Made by a program: the position numbers and the translations under genes | The notes under the pieces: model-generated | Databases searched by the model: none | Seen by the model: only the letters and a program-made list of their open reading frames with translations | Told to the model about the DNA's origin: nothing | Shown: piece after piece, positions 55,180 to 64,000 of the stretch | Layout: every line of letters begins with the position of its first letter | Position numbering within the stretch: the stretch's first letter is position 1 | Source: Pseudomonadota bacterium | GTDB lineage: Bacteria > Pseudomonadota > Gammaproteobacteria > Burkholderiales > SG8-39 | Direction: 5' to 3' | Assembly (NCBI GenBank): GCA_018241645.1 | Contig: JAFEDL010000017.1 | Location: 33,057 to 97,056, forward strand | Length of the DNA: 64,000 bases

Positions 55180-57009
55180 ATGAACGATCCCCGCATCGAC
55201 ATTTCCAACGCCCCGGACTATGTGCGCCACCGCAGCCTGCGGGAGTGGGTCTCCAGGATCGCAAGGCTCACCAAGCCGGAGCGGATCGTGTGGTGCGACG
55301 GCACGCAGGAGGAGAACGACAGGCTCTGCGCGGAGCTCGTTGCCGCCGGAACCTTCCTGCGACTGAACGAGAAGCTGCGCCCCGGGAGCTATCTTGCCCG
55401 CTCGCACCCGACCGACGTGGCTCGCATGGAAGACCGCACCTTCATCTGCAGCGCGCGCAAGGACGACGCCGGCCCGACCAACAACTGGGTTGATCCGGCG
55501 GAGATGCGCGGCACGATCGACCGCCTGTACGACGGCTGCATGCGCGGGCGCACCATGTACGTGGTGCCGTTCTCGATGGGGCCGATCGGCTCGCATATCG
55601 CCCAGGTGGGCGTCGAGATCTCCGACTCGGCCTATGTCGTGGTCAACATGCGCATGATGACCCGCATGGGCCGCGCGGTGGTCGATCACCTCGGCGAGGA
55701 CGGCGCATTCGTTCCGTGCGTGCATTCCGTGGGCGCGCCGCTGGCCGCGGGCCAGAAAGACGTGCCCTGGCCCTGCAACGACAAGGAGAAGTGGATCGTC
55801 CAGTTCCCGGAAACGCGCGAGATCTGGTCTTTCGGATCGGGCTACGGCGGCAATGCCCTGCTCGGCAAGAAATGCCTGGCGCTGCGCATCGCGTCGGTCA
55901 TGGCCCGGGACGAAGGCTGGCTGGCCGAGCACATGCTGATCCTCGGTGTGGAGTCGCCCAGCGGCGAGAAGCACTACGTGTCGGCGGCCTTCCCCTCGGC
56001 CTGCGGCAAGACCAACTTCGCGATGCTGATCCCGCCCAAGACCTTTGCCGGGTGGAAGGTCACGACCATCGGCGAGGACATCGCCTGGATCAAGCCGGGC
56101 AAGGACGGCCGCTTCTACGCGATCAACCCGGAGTACGGGTTCTTCGGGGTTGCGCCGGGCACGTCGGACGCCACCAACCCGAACGCGATGAAGACGCTGC
56201 GTTCGAACGTGATCTTCACGAACGTGGCGCTCACCCCGGAAGGCGACGTGTGGTGGGAAGGCATGACCGATACGCCTCCGGCCAGGCTGATCGACTGGCA
56301 GGGCCAGGAATGGACCCCGGGTTGCGGCAGGCTCGCAGCGCACGCGAATTCCCGCTTCACCGTCCCGGCCTCGCAATGTCCCTCCATGGACGCGAATTGG
56401 GAGGATCCGGCCGGCGTTCCGATCTCCGCGTTCCTGTTCGGCGGCCGGCGCTCGTCGACGGTGCCCCTGGTTGTCGAGGCTCCAAGCTGGGAGGACGGCG
56501 TCTACATGGCGGCCACTCTGGGCTCCGAAACCACTGCCGCAATCACCGGCAAGGTGGGCGTGGTGCGGCGCGACCCGATGGCGATGCTCGCGTTCTGCGG
56601 CTACAACATGGGCGACTACTTCGCGCACTGGCTGAAAGTCGGCAAGGCGGCCGCCCAGCCGCCGAAGATCTTCCGCGTGAACTGGTTCCGGCGGGATGCC
56701 GCCGGCAAGTTCATGTGGCCCGGTTTCGGCGAAAACATGCGCGTGCTGCAGTGGATCGTGGAACGCTGCGAAGGCAGCGCCAAGGGCAGGACGACGCCGC
56801 TGGGGATCATGCCCGCCTACGAGGACCTGTCGTGGAAGGGCCTGGAGAAATTCACGCGCGACCAGTACGCGGAGCTCAGTGAAGTCGAGCACGATGCCTG
56901 GGTCGAAGAGCTGCATTCGCACGACGAACTGCTGGGCAAGCTCGGCGCCCACCTGCCGGGCGAACTCGAGGCGCGACGCACGCTGCTGCACCAGAAGCTC
57001 GCCGCGTGA
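55180..57009 (+). CDS. pckG: Phosphoenolpyruvate carboxykinase (GTP)
   Basis: 609 aa. GTP-PEPCK blocks are present throughout, including FPSACGKTN (kinase-1a P-loop), [11 protein letters not shown] and [22 protein letters not shown]. Confidence 0.95.
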   Translation: MNDPRIDISNAPDYVRHRSLREWVSRIARLTKPERIVWCDGTQEENDRLCAELVAAGTFLRLNEKLRPGSYLARSHPTDVARMEDRTFICSARKDDAGPTNNWVDPAEMRGTIDRLYDGCMRGRTMYVVPFSMGPIGSHIAQVGVEISDSAYVVVNMRMMTRMGRAVVDHLGEDGAFVPCVHSVGAPLAAGQKDVPWPCNDKEKWIVQFPETREIWSFGSGYGGNALLGKKCLALRIASVMARDEGWLAEHMLILGVESPSGEKHYVSAAFPSACGKTNFAMLIPPKTFAGWKVTTIGEDIAWIKPGKDGRFYAINPEYGFFGVAPGTSDATNPNAMKTLRSNVIFTNVALTPEGDVWWEGMTDTPPARLIDWQGQEWTPGCGRLAAHANSRFTVPASQCPSMDANWEDPAGVPISAFLFGGRRSSTVPLVVEAPSWEDGVYMAATLGSETTAAITGKVGVVRRDPMAMLAFCGYNMGDYFAHWLKVGKAAAQPPKIFRVNWFRRDAAGKFMWPGFGENMRVLQWIVERCEGSAKGRTTPLGIMPAYEDLSWKGLEKFTRDQYAELSEVEHDAWVEELHSHDELLGKLGAHLPGELEARRTLLHQKLAA

Positions 57010-57023
57010 CCGCGGGGGGTCGC

Positions 57024-58367
57024 ATGAGCCACGTATTTCATCGCAACCCGAAGAACGACTATCCCGTCGCCGTGCGCGGCGACGGCGCCTACCTCATCGA
57101 CCGCGACGGCAAGCGCTACCTGGACGCATCCGGCGGCGCAGCGGTGTCGTGCCTCGGCCACTCCGACCGCGCTGTCGTGGATGCGATCAAGGCGCAGCTG
57201 GACCGCCTGCCGTTTGCGCACACCTCATTCTTTTCCAACGAGCCGATGGAGGCGTTGGCCGACGAGCTGATTCGCCGGTCGCCGAAGGAATTCGACCGGG
57301 TCTACTTCGTCTCCGGGGGATCCGAGGCGGTGGAGGCCGCGCTGAAGCTCGCGCGGCAGTATTGCGTCGAAAAGGGCGAACCGCAGCGCGAGCACATCAT
57401 CGCCCGGCGCGGCAGTTATCACGGCAACACGCTCGGCGCCCTGGCCGTGGGAGGCAACGCCTGGCGCCGCAAGCAGTTCGAGCCGCTGCTCATCGACGTG
57501 GCGCATGTGTCGCCCTGCTATGCCTATCGCGAACAAGCGGCGGCCGAGGACGATGACACGTATGCCGCGCGCCTCGCGTCCGAGCTCGAGGCCGAGATCC
57601 TGCGCCTCGGTGGCGACAGGGTGATCGCGTTTGTCGCCGAAACCGTCGTGGGCGCAACGCTCGGCGCGGTCACGCCGGTGCCGGGCTACTTCAAGCGCAT
57701 CCGGGAAGTCTGCGACAAGTACGGCGTGCTGCTGATCCTCGACGAGGTGATGTGCGGCATGGGGCGCTGCGGTGCGCTGTTCACGTTCGAGCAGGAAGGC
57801 GTGGTGCCGGACCTGGTGTGCATTGCCAAGGGCCTGGGCGCGGGATACCAGCCGATCGGCGCCGTGATCGCCTCCCGCAGGATTTATGAAACCATCGTGT
57901 CCGGGACCGGGTTCTTCCAGCACGGCCACACCTACCTGGGCCACGCGGCCGCCTGCGCGGGCGCCCTCGCCGTTCAAAAACGCCTCAACCAGGATGGGCT
58001 GCTGCAGCGCGTGGGTCCGTTGGGCGATTTGCTGGACGGAAAGCTGCGGGCCGCTTTCGGCCGGCACCCGCACGTGGGCGACATCCGCGGGCGGGGCCTG
58101 TTCAGGGCGATCGAACTGGTGGAAGACCGGGCGACCAGGAAACCCTTCGACCCCGCGAAGAAGGTGAACGCCCGTCTGAAGAAGGAGGCCCTGAACGCCG
58201 GCCTGATGTGCTACCCGATGGGCGGCACGCTCGACGGGGTGCAGGGCGACCACGTGCTGTTCGCGCCTCCCTTCATCGTCGAGGAGGCGCAGCTCGACGA
58301 GCTGGTGAGCAAGTTTTCTGCGGCCCTTTCCGCGACGCTCGGGGTGCCGGAGGCGCTTGCCGCATAG
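57024..58367 (+). CDS. Class III (omega-type) pyridoxal-phosphate aminotransferase
   Basis: The track ORF starts at GTG 57006, and ATG 57024 ([38 protein letters not shown]) is the more likely start. The PLP-lysine context is [14 protein letters not shown]...[13 protein letters not shown]. Confidence 0.85.
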   Translation: MSHVFHRNPKNDYPVAVRGDGAYLIDRDGKRYLDASGGAAVSCLGHSDRAVVDAIKAQLDRLPFAHTSFFSNEPMEALADELIRRSPKEFDRVYFVSGGSEAVEAALKLARQYCVEKGEPQREHIIARRGSYHGNTLGALAVGGNAWRRKQFEPLLIDVAHVSPCYAYREQAAAEDDDTYAARLASELEAEILRLGGDRVIAFVAETVVGATLGAVTPVPGYFKRIREVCDKYGVLLILDEVMCGMGRCGALFTFEQEGVVPDLVCIAKGLGAGYQPIGAVIASRRIYETIVSGTGFFQHGHTYLGHAAACAGALAVQKRLNQDGLLQRVGPLGDLLDGKLRAAFGRHPHVGDIRGRGLFRAIELVEDRATRKPFDPAKKVNARLKKEALNAGLMCYPMGGTLDGVQGDHVLFAPPFIVEEAQLDELVSKFSAALSATLGVPEALAA

Positions 58368-58414
58368 GGCGCCCTTGGTTAAGCTTGTCTGACGCACCCC
58401 TGACGGAGTCATCC

Positions 58415-59389
58415 ATGAAGAAGTTCACCGCATTTGCCGCAGCGATCGCGACTGCCGGCGCCCTGGGCCTTGCGCCATCCGCCGCGCATGCGCAGCAGAA
58501 GTACGTGACGATCGGCACCGGCGGCGTGACCGGGGTGTACTACGCGGCCGGCGGCGCAATCTGCCGGCTGGTGAACAAGGATCGTAAGACGCACGGGATC
58601 CGCTGCTCGGTGGAGTCGACCGGCGGCTCGGTCTTCAACGTGAATACGATCAAGGCCGGCGAGCTGGACATGGGCATGTCCCAGTCCGACGTGGCATACA
58701 ACGCCTACAAGGGCCTCGGCCAGTTCAAGGACGCGGCATACGGGGACCTGCGCTCGGTGTTCGGCCTGCATCCCGAGCCGTTCACGGTCCTCGCGCGCAA
58801 GGAAGCCAACATCCGCTCGTTCGCCGATTTCAAGGGAAAGAAGTTCAACGTCGGCAACCCGGGTTCCGGCACGCGGGCCTCGATGGAGGAACTCCTGGCC
58901 GCGATGGGCTGGAAGATGAGCGACTTCGCCCTTGCCTCCGAACTCAAGGCCGACGAGCACGGCCCCGCCCTGTGCGACGGCAAGATCGACGGTTTCTTCT
59001 ACGGCGTGGGCCACCCCTCGGCAAACATCCAGGACCCGACCACCACCTGCGGCGCGAAGCTGGTTTCCATCACCGGACCGGCCGTCGACAAGCTGGTCAA
59101 GGAAAAACCGTACTACGCCTATGCCACCATTCCGGGCGGCCTCTATCCGAACAACCCGGCCGACACCAAGACCTACGGGGTTCTCGCGTCCGTCGTGTCC
59201 TCGTCGAAGGTGCCCGCGGACACCGTCTATGCGGTGGTCAAGGCCGTCTTCGACAATTTCGACGAATTCAAGAAACTGCATCCGGCGCTGGCCGTGCTCA
59301 AGCCGGAGACGATGATCAAGGACGGGTTGTCCGCGCCGCTGCATGACGGTGCCGTGAAGTATTACAAGGAAAAAGGCTGGCTGAAGTAA
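58415..59389 (+). CDS. TAXI-family TRAP transporter solute-binding protein
   Basis: Track ORF 58208-59389 trimmed to ATG 58415. Signal peptide [26 protein letters not shown] is followed by the TAXI pattern [21 protein letters not shown]. Confidence 0.85.
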   Translation: MKKFTAFAAAIATAGALGLAPSAAHAQQKYVTIGTGGVTGVYYAAGGAICRLVNKDRKTHGIRCSVESTGGSVFNVNTIKAGELDMGMSQSDVAYNAYKGLGQFKDAAYGDLRSVFGLHPEPFTVLARKEANIRSFADFKGKKFNVGNPGSGTRASMEELLAAMGWKMSDFALASELKADEHGPALCDGKIDGFFYGVGHPSANIQDPTTTCGAKLVSITGPAVDKLVKEKPYYAYATIPGGLYPNNPADTKTYGVLASVVSSSKVPADTVYAVVKAVFDNFDEFKKLHPALAVLKPETMIKDGLSAPLHDGAVKYYKEKGWLK

Positions 59390-59417
59390 GATCGTTCACC
59401 AGACTGCACTGCGGGCG

Positions 59418-59448
59418 GGGCGGAATGAAAATTCCGCCCTTTTTGTTT
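59418..59448 (+). terminator. Rho-independent terminator (GAAA tetraloop) between TAXI binding-protein gene and permease gene
   Basis: GGGCGGAAT-GAAA-ATTCCGCCC forms a 9-bp stem followed by TTTTTGTTT. Confidence 0.75.
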
Positions 59449-59463
59449 CAGGGAGAGGGACGC

Positions 59464-62040
59464 GTGGCTGAACACGGCAAGGGACCGGATCCGGACCTTC
59501 TGCAACTCGTAGCCGAGTCGGACACCGGCGGACGCAGGCTCGGCGGCAACCCGGGCAGGCTCGTGTTCGCGGTAGCGGTGGCATGGTCGGTCTTCCAGCT
59601 GTGGTATGCGTCGCCCCTGCCGTTCACGTTCGGGATCGGGATCCTCAACGACACCGAGGCCCGCTCGCTGCACCTGGGGATCGCCCTGTTCCTGGGCTTC
59701 CTTGCCTACCCTGCATTCAAGCGCTCGGCGCGAGACCGGGCCCCGGCCCTGGACTGGGCGTTCGCCGTGCTTGCGGCTTTCGCAGGCGCTTATTTCATCC
59801 TGTTCTACAACCAGCTGGCCGGCCGACCGGGCCAGCCGACGATGCTGGACATCGCAACCGGGTCCGTAGGCATAGTGCTGCTGCTTGAAGCCACCCGCCG
59901 TGCGGTGGGTTTGCCCATGGCGGTGCTGGCGATCATTTTTCTCGGCTACATCCTGTTCGGCAATCACCTGCCCGATGTCCTGGCGCACAAGGGGGCCTCG
60001 TTCGAGCGCATGCTGTCCCACCAGTGGCTGACCACCGAAGGCGTGTTCGGCGTGGCGCTCGGCGTTTCGTCGAGCTTCATCTTCATCTACGTTCTGTTCG
60101 GCGCGATGCTCGATCGCGCGGGCGCCGGCAATTACATGATGCAGGTGTCGTTCGCGCTGCTCGGCCATCTGCGCGGCGGGCCGGCCAAGGTGTCCGTGGT
60201 TTCCTCCGGGCTGAACGGCTTGATCTCCGGCTCGTCCGTGTCCAACGTCGTCTCGGGGGGCATCTTTACGATCCCGCTGATGAAGAAGGCCGGCTACGGA
60301 GGGGTCAAGGCGGGGGCCATCGAAACCATGTCGTCCGTCGATGGCCAGCTCATGCCGCCGGTAATGGGCGCGGCCGCCTTCCTGATGGTCGAGTATGTCG
60401 GCATGCCATATCCTGAAATCTGCAAGCATGCCTTCCTGCCCGCCGTCCTGTCGTACATCGCGCTTTTCTACATCGTCCATCTCGAGGCCCTCAAGCTTGG
60501 CATGCAGCCGATGGTGGCCGGACGGGAGCGGGGTCTGCGCGAAAAGGCCATCGGCTGGGCCTTGGGAATTTCGGGCACGATCGCAGCGGGATGTGCGATC
60601 TATCTTGCGGCGGAGGCGGCCAAGGCCTTGTTCGGCGCGGCTGCCCCCTGGATCCTTGCCGTGCTGTTGGCGGGGCTGTACGTCTGGACCGTATATCTTG
60701 CCGCCAGGTGCCCCGACTTGCCGGTGGACATCGACGTCGACCACCCTGCGCAGCCCGAGACCTGGCCTACCGTGAAGGCCGGGCTGCACTTCATGATCCC
60801 GATCGGCACGCTGATCTGGTGCCTGATGGTCGAGGAACTGTCGCCTGCGCTGGCGGCGTTCTGGGCCACCGCCGTGTTGATCGGGCTGATGCTGACCCAC
60901 CGCCCGCTGACCGTGATGTTCCGCGGCCAGGCAGGCTTCGCGCGGGAACTGCGGCGGGGGCTTTCGGACGTGATCGAAGGCTTGAACGACGGCGGCCGCA
61001 GCATGATCGGCATTGCGATCGCGACGGGAACGGCCGGCATCATCGTCGGCGGCATCACGCTGACGGGCCTGGGCCTGCGCATGACGGAGTTCGTCGAGTT
61101 CGTCTCGTTCGGCAACGTGATGGTGATGCTGCTGTTCACCGCATTCGTGTGCCTCGTCCTCGGGCTGGGCGTGCCCACGACCGCGAACTACATCCTTGTC
61201 GCCACCCTGATGGCGCCGGTGATTGTCGAACTCGGGGCGCAGTCCGGGCTGGTCATCCCGCTCATCGCCGTCCACCTGTTCGTTTTCTATTACGGGATCA
61301 TGGGCGACGTGACGCCGCCCGTGGGGCTGGCGACGTTTGCGGCCGCGGCCATTTCCGGCGAGGACCCGATCGCCACCGGTATCCAGGGCTCGCTGTACAT
61401 CATGCGGACCGCCGTGCTGCCGTTCGTGTGGATCTTCAACCCCCAGTTGCTGCTGATCGACATACACGGCACCTTCGAACTCGTCGTCGTCGTGCTGGCC
61501 TGCCTCGTCGCATCGCTGATCTTCGCTGCGGCCACGATGGGCTGGTTCCAGACGCGCTGCCGCTGGTGGGAAATCGGTGCGCTGCTGGTAGCGACGTTTG
61601 TTCTGTTCCGGCCAAATTTCTTCATGGACCGCGTCTACGATCCATATGAATTGCGCCCTGGAAAGGACGTGCTCGCGCTTGCGCGCGAGACGCCCCCCAA
61701 TTACCCGCTGGTGATGATCATTGAGGGCACCAGCGTCGAAGGCGACGACCTCCGGAAGACCGTCGCCGTGCAGCTCGGCAAGGAGGGCGAAGGCCAGCAA
61801 CGCCTGAATGAGGCTGGCCTGATGCTGAGCGCGCTGGGCGACGAGGTGCGCATCGTGAACGTGAAGTTCGGCAGCCGCGCCCGGAAATCCGGGTTCGAGC
61901 AGGGATGGAAGGTGGTCGGCGTGAAGGTTCCCGCCAACCGTCCTTCGCCGCATTGGATGTACATTCCGGCGCTGGCGTTGGTTATCGTGGTGTTTCTAGT
62001 CCAGAGGCGCCGATTGCGCTCGGCACTCTCGTCGGCATGA
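59464..62040 (+). CDS. TRAP transporter fused permease (TAXI-associated, DctQ/DctM fusion with C-terminal DUF3394-like domain)
   Basis: The track start ATG 59425 lies inside the terminator hairpin. GTG 59464, preceded by GGGAGAGGGA, is the more likely start. The protein is large and polytopic with a C-terminal soluble segment and a final TM. Confidence 0.85.
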   Translation: MAEHGKGPDPDLLQLVAESDTGGRRLGGNPGRLVFAVAVAWSVFQLWYASPLPFTFGIGILNDTEARSLHLGIALFLGFLAYPAFKRSARDRAPALDWAFAVLAAFAGAYFILFYNQLAGRPGQPTMLDIATGSVGIVLLLEATRRAVGLPMAVLAIIFLGYILFGNHLPDVLAHKGASFERMLSHQWLTTEGVFGVALGVSSSFIFIYVLFGAMLDRAGAGNYMMQVSFALLGHLRGGPAKVSVVSSGLNGLISGSSVSNVVSGGIFTIPLMKKAGYGGVKAGAIETMSSVDGQLMPPVMGAAAFLMVEYVGMPYPEICKHAFLPAVLSYIALFYIVHLEALKLGMQPMVAGRERGLREKAIGWALGISGTIAAGCAIYLAAEAAKALFGAAAPWILAVLLAGLYVWTVYLAARCPDLPVDIDVDHPAQPETWPTVKAGLHFMIPIGTLIWCLMVEELSPALAAFWATAVLIGLMLTHRPLTVMFRGQAGFARELRRGLSDVIEGLNDGGRSMIGIAIATGTAGIIVGGITLTGLGLRMTEFVEFVSFGNVMVMLLFTAFVCLVLGLGVPTTANYILVATLMAPVIVELGAQSGLVIPLIAVHLFVFYYGIMGDVTPPVGLATFAAAAISGEDPIATGIQGSLYIMRTAVLPFVWIFNPQLLLIDIHGTFELVVVVLACLVASLIFAAATMGWFQTRCRWWEIGALLVATFVLFRPNFFMDRVYDPYELRPGKDVLALARETPPNYPLVMIIEGTSVEGDDLRKTVAVQLGKEGEGQQRLNEAGLMLSALGDEVRIVNVKFGSRARKSGFEQGWKVVGVKVPANRPSPHWMYIPALALVIVVFLVQRRRLRSALSSA

Positions 62041-62107
62041 ACCGCGCGCGCTTGAAGCGAGCCCGGGCTTGGCGGAAATCGGGCCGATAGGGGGAGGCGC
62101 AAGGACG

Positions 62108-63364
62108 ATGGCAGGTGCACCCAAAAAGCGCGAGTACACACCGCACGCCAGGGGACCGCTGGGCGGTGTGCGCGTCCTCGATCTTTCGCGCCTTGTGGCG
62201 GGCAATACCCTGACCCAGTTGCTGGGGGACTTCGGCGCCGAGGTCATCAAGGTCGAGCCCCCGGCCGGCGACACCTTGCGCGCGTGGAACACCCGGGGTG
62301 TCGCGACCAACTGGAAGATCTATGCGCGGAACAAGAAGAGCCTCGGCCTCGAACTGAGGAAGCCCGAGGCCCGGGAGGTGTTGCTCGACCTGGTTTCCGG
62401 CGCGGCAATTCTGGTGGAGAGCTTCCGGCCCGGCACGCTTGAAAAAATGGGTCTCGGGCCCGACCGGCTGCTCGCGCGGAATCCGAAACTGGTAATCGTG
62501 CGGATTTCCGGGTGGGGCCAGGACGGACCGTACAAGAGCCGCCCCGGGTTCGGCACCTTGGTCGAGGGAATGTCCGGGTTTGCGTCGATGAACGGCTTTC
62601 CCGACCGCGAACCGGTGCTGCCGCCCATGTATCTCGCCGACAGCGTGGCCGGGCTGTATGGCGCCGCAGCCGTGATGATCGCGTTGCGGGAGGCGGAATC
62701 CGGCAAAGGCGCCGGGCAGGTGATCGACCTGCCCCTGCTCGACCCGCTGTTTGCGGTGCTGGGTCCGCAGGCCGCGAACTACCGGCTGACCGGGAAGGTG
62801 AAGCCGCGCGTCGGCAGCGGCTCGACGAACTCGGGACCGCGCAATGCGTACCGCACCCGCGACGGCCTGTGGGTCTGCCTGTCCGCTTCGACGCAGAAGA
62901 TGGCCGAGCGGTTGTTTCGCTCGATCGATCGCGCGGACCTGGTCGAGGATCCCCGCTATCGGACCAACGCCGAGCGTGTGAGGCACCGGGACGAACTCGA
63001 TGCGATCATCGGTGCTTTCATCGCGCAGCGCACCCAGGCTGAGAACGTGGCGTTCTTCGAGCAGGCCGAAGTCACGATCGGGCCGATCTACGACATCTCG
63101 CAGATCGTGGAGGATCCGCATGTGCTCGAACGGGAGCTGATCGCGGACTATCCCGACCCGGACATGGGGGCGGTGCCGATGCACCATGTGGTGCCGCGCC
63201 TGTCCGGCACGCCGGGGGCATTGCGCACGCCGGCGCCGGCGCTCGGCGAGCACAACCGCAGCCTTCTGGCAGAACTCGGCATCGACGCTGCCGGCTACGC
63301 GAAGCTGCTGGCCGCGGGGGTGGTGTGCGAGGGAGCGGTCGAACCAAAGGGAGACGACGAGTGA
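62108..63364 (+). CDS. Family III CoA-transferase (CaiB/BaiF type)
   Basis: Track ORF 62069-63364 trimmed to ATG 62108, which has RBS GGGGGAGG upstream. GPLGGVRVLDLSRLVAGNTLTQLLGDFGAEVIKVEPP is the typical N-terminus of family III CoA-transferases. Confidence 0.85.
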   Translation: MAGAPKKREYTPHARGPLGGVRVLDLSRLVAGNTLTQLLGDFGAEVIKVEPPAGDTLRAWNTRGVATNWKIYARNKKSLGLELRKPEAREVLLDLVSGAAILVESFRPGTLEKMGLGPDRLLARNPKLVIVRISGWGQDGPYKSRPGFGTLVEGMSGFASMNGFPDREPVLPPMYLADSVAGLYGAAAVMIALREAESGKGAGQVIDLPLLDPLFAVLGPQAANYRLTGKVKPRVGSGSTNSGPRNAYRTRDGLWVCLSASTQKMAERLFRSIDRADLVEDPRYRTNAERVRHRDELDAIIGAFIAQRTQAENVAFFEQAEVTIGPIYDISQIVEDPHVLERELIADYPDPDMGAVPMHHVVPRLSGTPGALRTPAPALGEHNRSLLAELGIDAAGYAKLLAAGVVCEGAVEPKGDDE

Positions 63365-64000
63365 AATCCGGTTTGCCTGTCTGGCGGTCGCTGCTCTATG
63401 TCCCGGTGAACGTGGAAAAGTACGTGGAGAAGGCCCATACCCGCGGGGCCGACTGCATCCAGGTGGATTTGGAGGACAGCGTCCCCCCGGCGGAAAAGGA
63501 TCGCGCCCGCACCCTGGTGCCCGGGGTGGCGGCCAAGGTGCGGCGCGGCGGCGCCGATGTTGTGGTGCGGATCAACCGGCCCCTCTCCCTCGCGGTGCGG
63601 GACCTGGAGTGTTCGGTGGGCCCGGACGTGAATGGCGTTGCGGTGACCAAGACCCAGGGCGCAGACCACCTGAAGCTGCTCGATGAGTTGGTGGGAGAAC
63701 TCGAGGTGAAGCGCGGGCTGCCCGTCGGCCACACGCGCTTCATCGCGATGATCGAGACGCCCGCGGCCTTCTTCCGGATGGCGCAGATCGCGGGCGCGGT
63801 CGAGCGCCTGGCGGCGATGAACATCGGCGGCGAGGATTTCGCCCTCGAAAACGGCATGGCACCGGCCGAAGAGACGCTGCAGATGCCGAAGCAGCAGATG
63901 ATCTTCGCGGCGCGTTCCGGGGGACTCATGCCGCTCGGTTTCATCGCGAGCGTGGCAGGCTTCGGCGACTGGGACGCGTTCCGGGCCATGGTGCGGCGGT
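63361..64000 (+). CDS. HpcH/HpaI aldolase / citrate-lyase-beta (CitE)-like acyl-CoA lyase, N-terminal part; runs off window
   Basis: Not in the track because it leaves the window. My translation from GTG 63361 (GTGA overlap with the CoA-transferase stop) reads VKSGLPVWRSLLYVPVNVEKYVEKAHTRGADCIQVDLEDSVPPAEKDRAR...VVRINRP...FIAMIETPAAFF...GGEDFALE. This is the CitE/malyl-CoA-lyase pattern. Confidence 0.75.
   Translation, partial: MKSGLPVWRSLLYVPVNVEKYVEKAHTRGADCIQVDLEDSVPPAEKDRARTLVPGVAAKVRRGGADVVVRINRPLSLAVRDLECSVGPDVNGVAVTKTQGADHLKLLDELVGELEVKRGLPVGHTRFIAMIETPAAFFRMAQIAGAVERLAAMNIGGEDFALENGMAPAEETLQMPKQQMIFAARSGGLMPLGFIASVAGFGDWDAFRAMVRR

Noticed and set aside
59362-61953. 863-aa minus-strand ORF opposite the TRAP fused permease
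   Set aside because: It is antisense to a clearly polytopic transporter gene. The product is R/G/H/D/Q-rich with no motifs, so it is a high-GC artefact.

Overview
This is a high-GC, gene-dense core chromosomal window with about 60 CDS and very little non-coding DNA. It spans the replication-origin gene set: gyrB-dnaN-dnaA on the minus strand, diverging from rpmH-rnpA-yidD-yidC-mnmE on the plus strand. Gene content and order look betaproteobacterial; this is inference from families and synteny and cannot be assigned further without a search. From left to right the window holds:
- Housekeeping genes: mpl, aroQ-accB-accC-prmA, apaH, comM and ubiK.
- A putative porin-glnK-amtB unit behind a near-consensus NtrC site and sigma-54 promoter.
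- A Liv-type ABC importer.
- An aromatic-acid block: a CoA ligase, an FAH-family hydrolase and a GST-zeta isomerase, converging on MFS-thioesterase-pcaH-pcaG-pcaB.
- metH, a DUF423 gene and a sodium:solute symporter.
- The conserved def-fmt-rsmB-DUF4390-ntrY-ntrX string, followed by a 124-aa COG0523-like mini protein.
- LysM-dprA-smg-topB.
- GTP-dependent PEP carboxykinase.
- An aminotransferase, TAXI-TRAP transporter, family III CoA-transferase and CitE-like lyase module that runs off the right edge.

I found no rRNA or tRNA genes, CRISPR arrays, transposase, integrase or phage genes, and no recognisable defence genes. I do not see a convincing novel multi-gene system. The observations most worth follow-up are cis-regulatory or single-gene:
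- A terminator/antiterminator leader of unknown class in front of metH.
- An orphan terminator abutting the pckG ribosome-binding site.
- The uncharacterised TorF/Gcw_chp porin as first gene of the nitrogen-regulated glnK-amtB unit.
- The truncated COG0523-like protein after ntrYX.
- A CoA-thioesterase embedded in the pca operon.
- A DnaA-box/AT-rich patch between dnaA and dnaN.

Many long ORFs in the supplied track are antisense or out-of-frame artefacts of high GC content and are rejected. Several track starts are TTG or GTG codons or sit upstream of the likely true start, and I trimmed those. All family calls rest on my reading of motifs in the translations; no database was searched.
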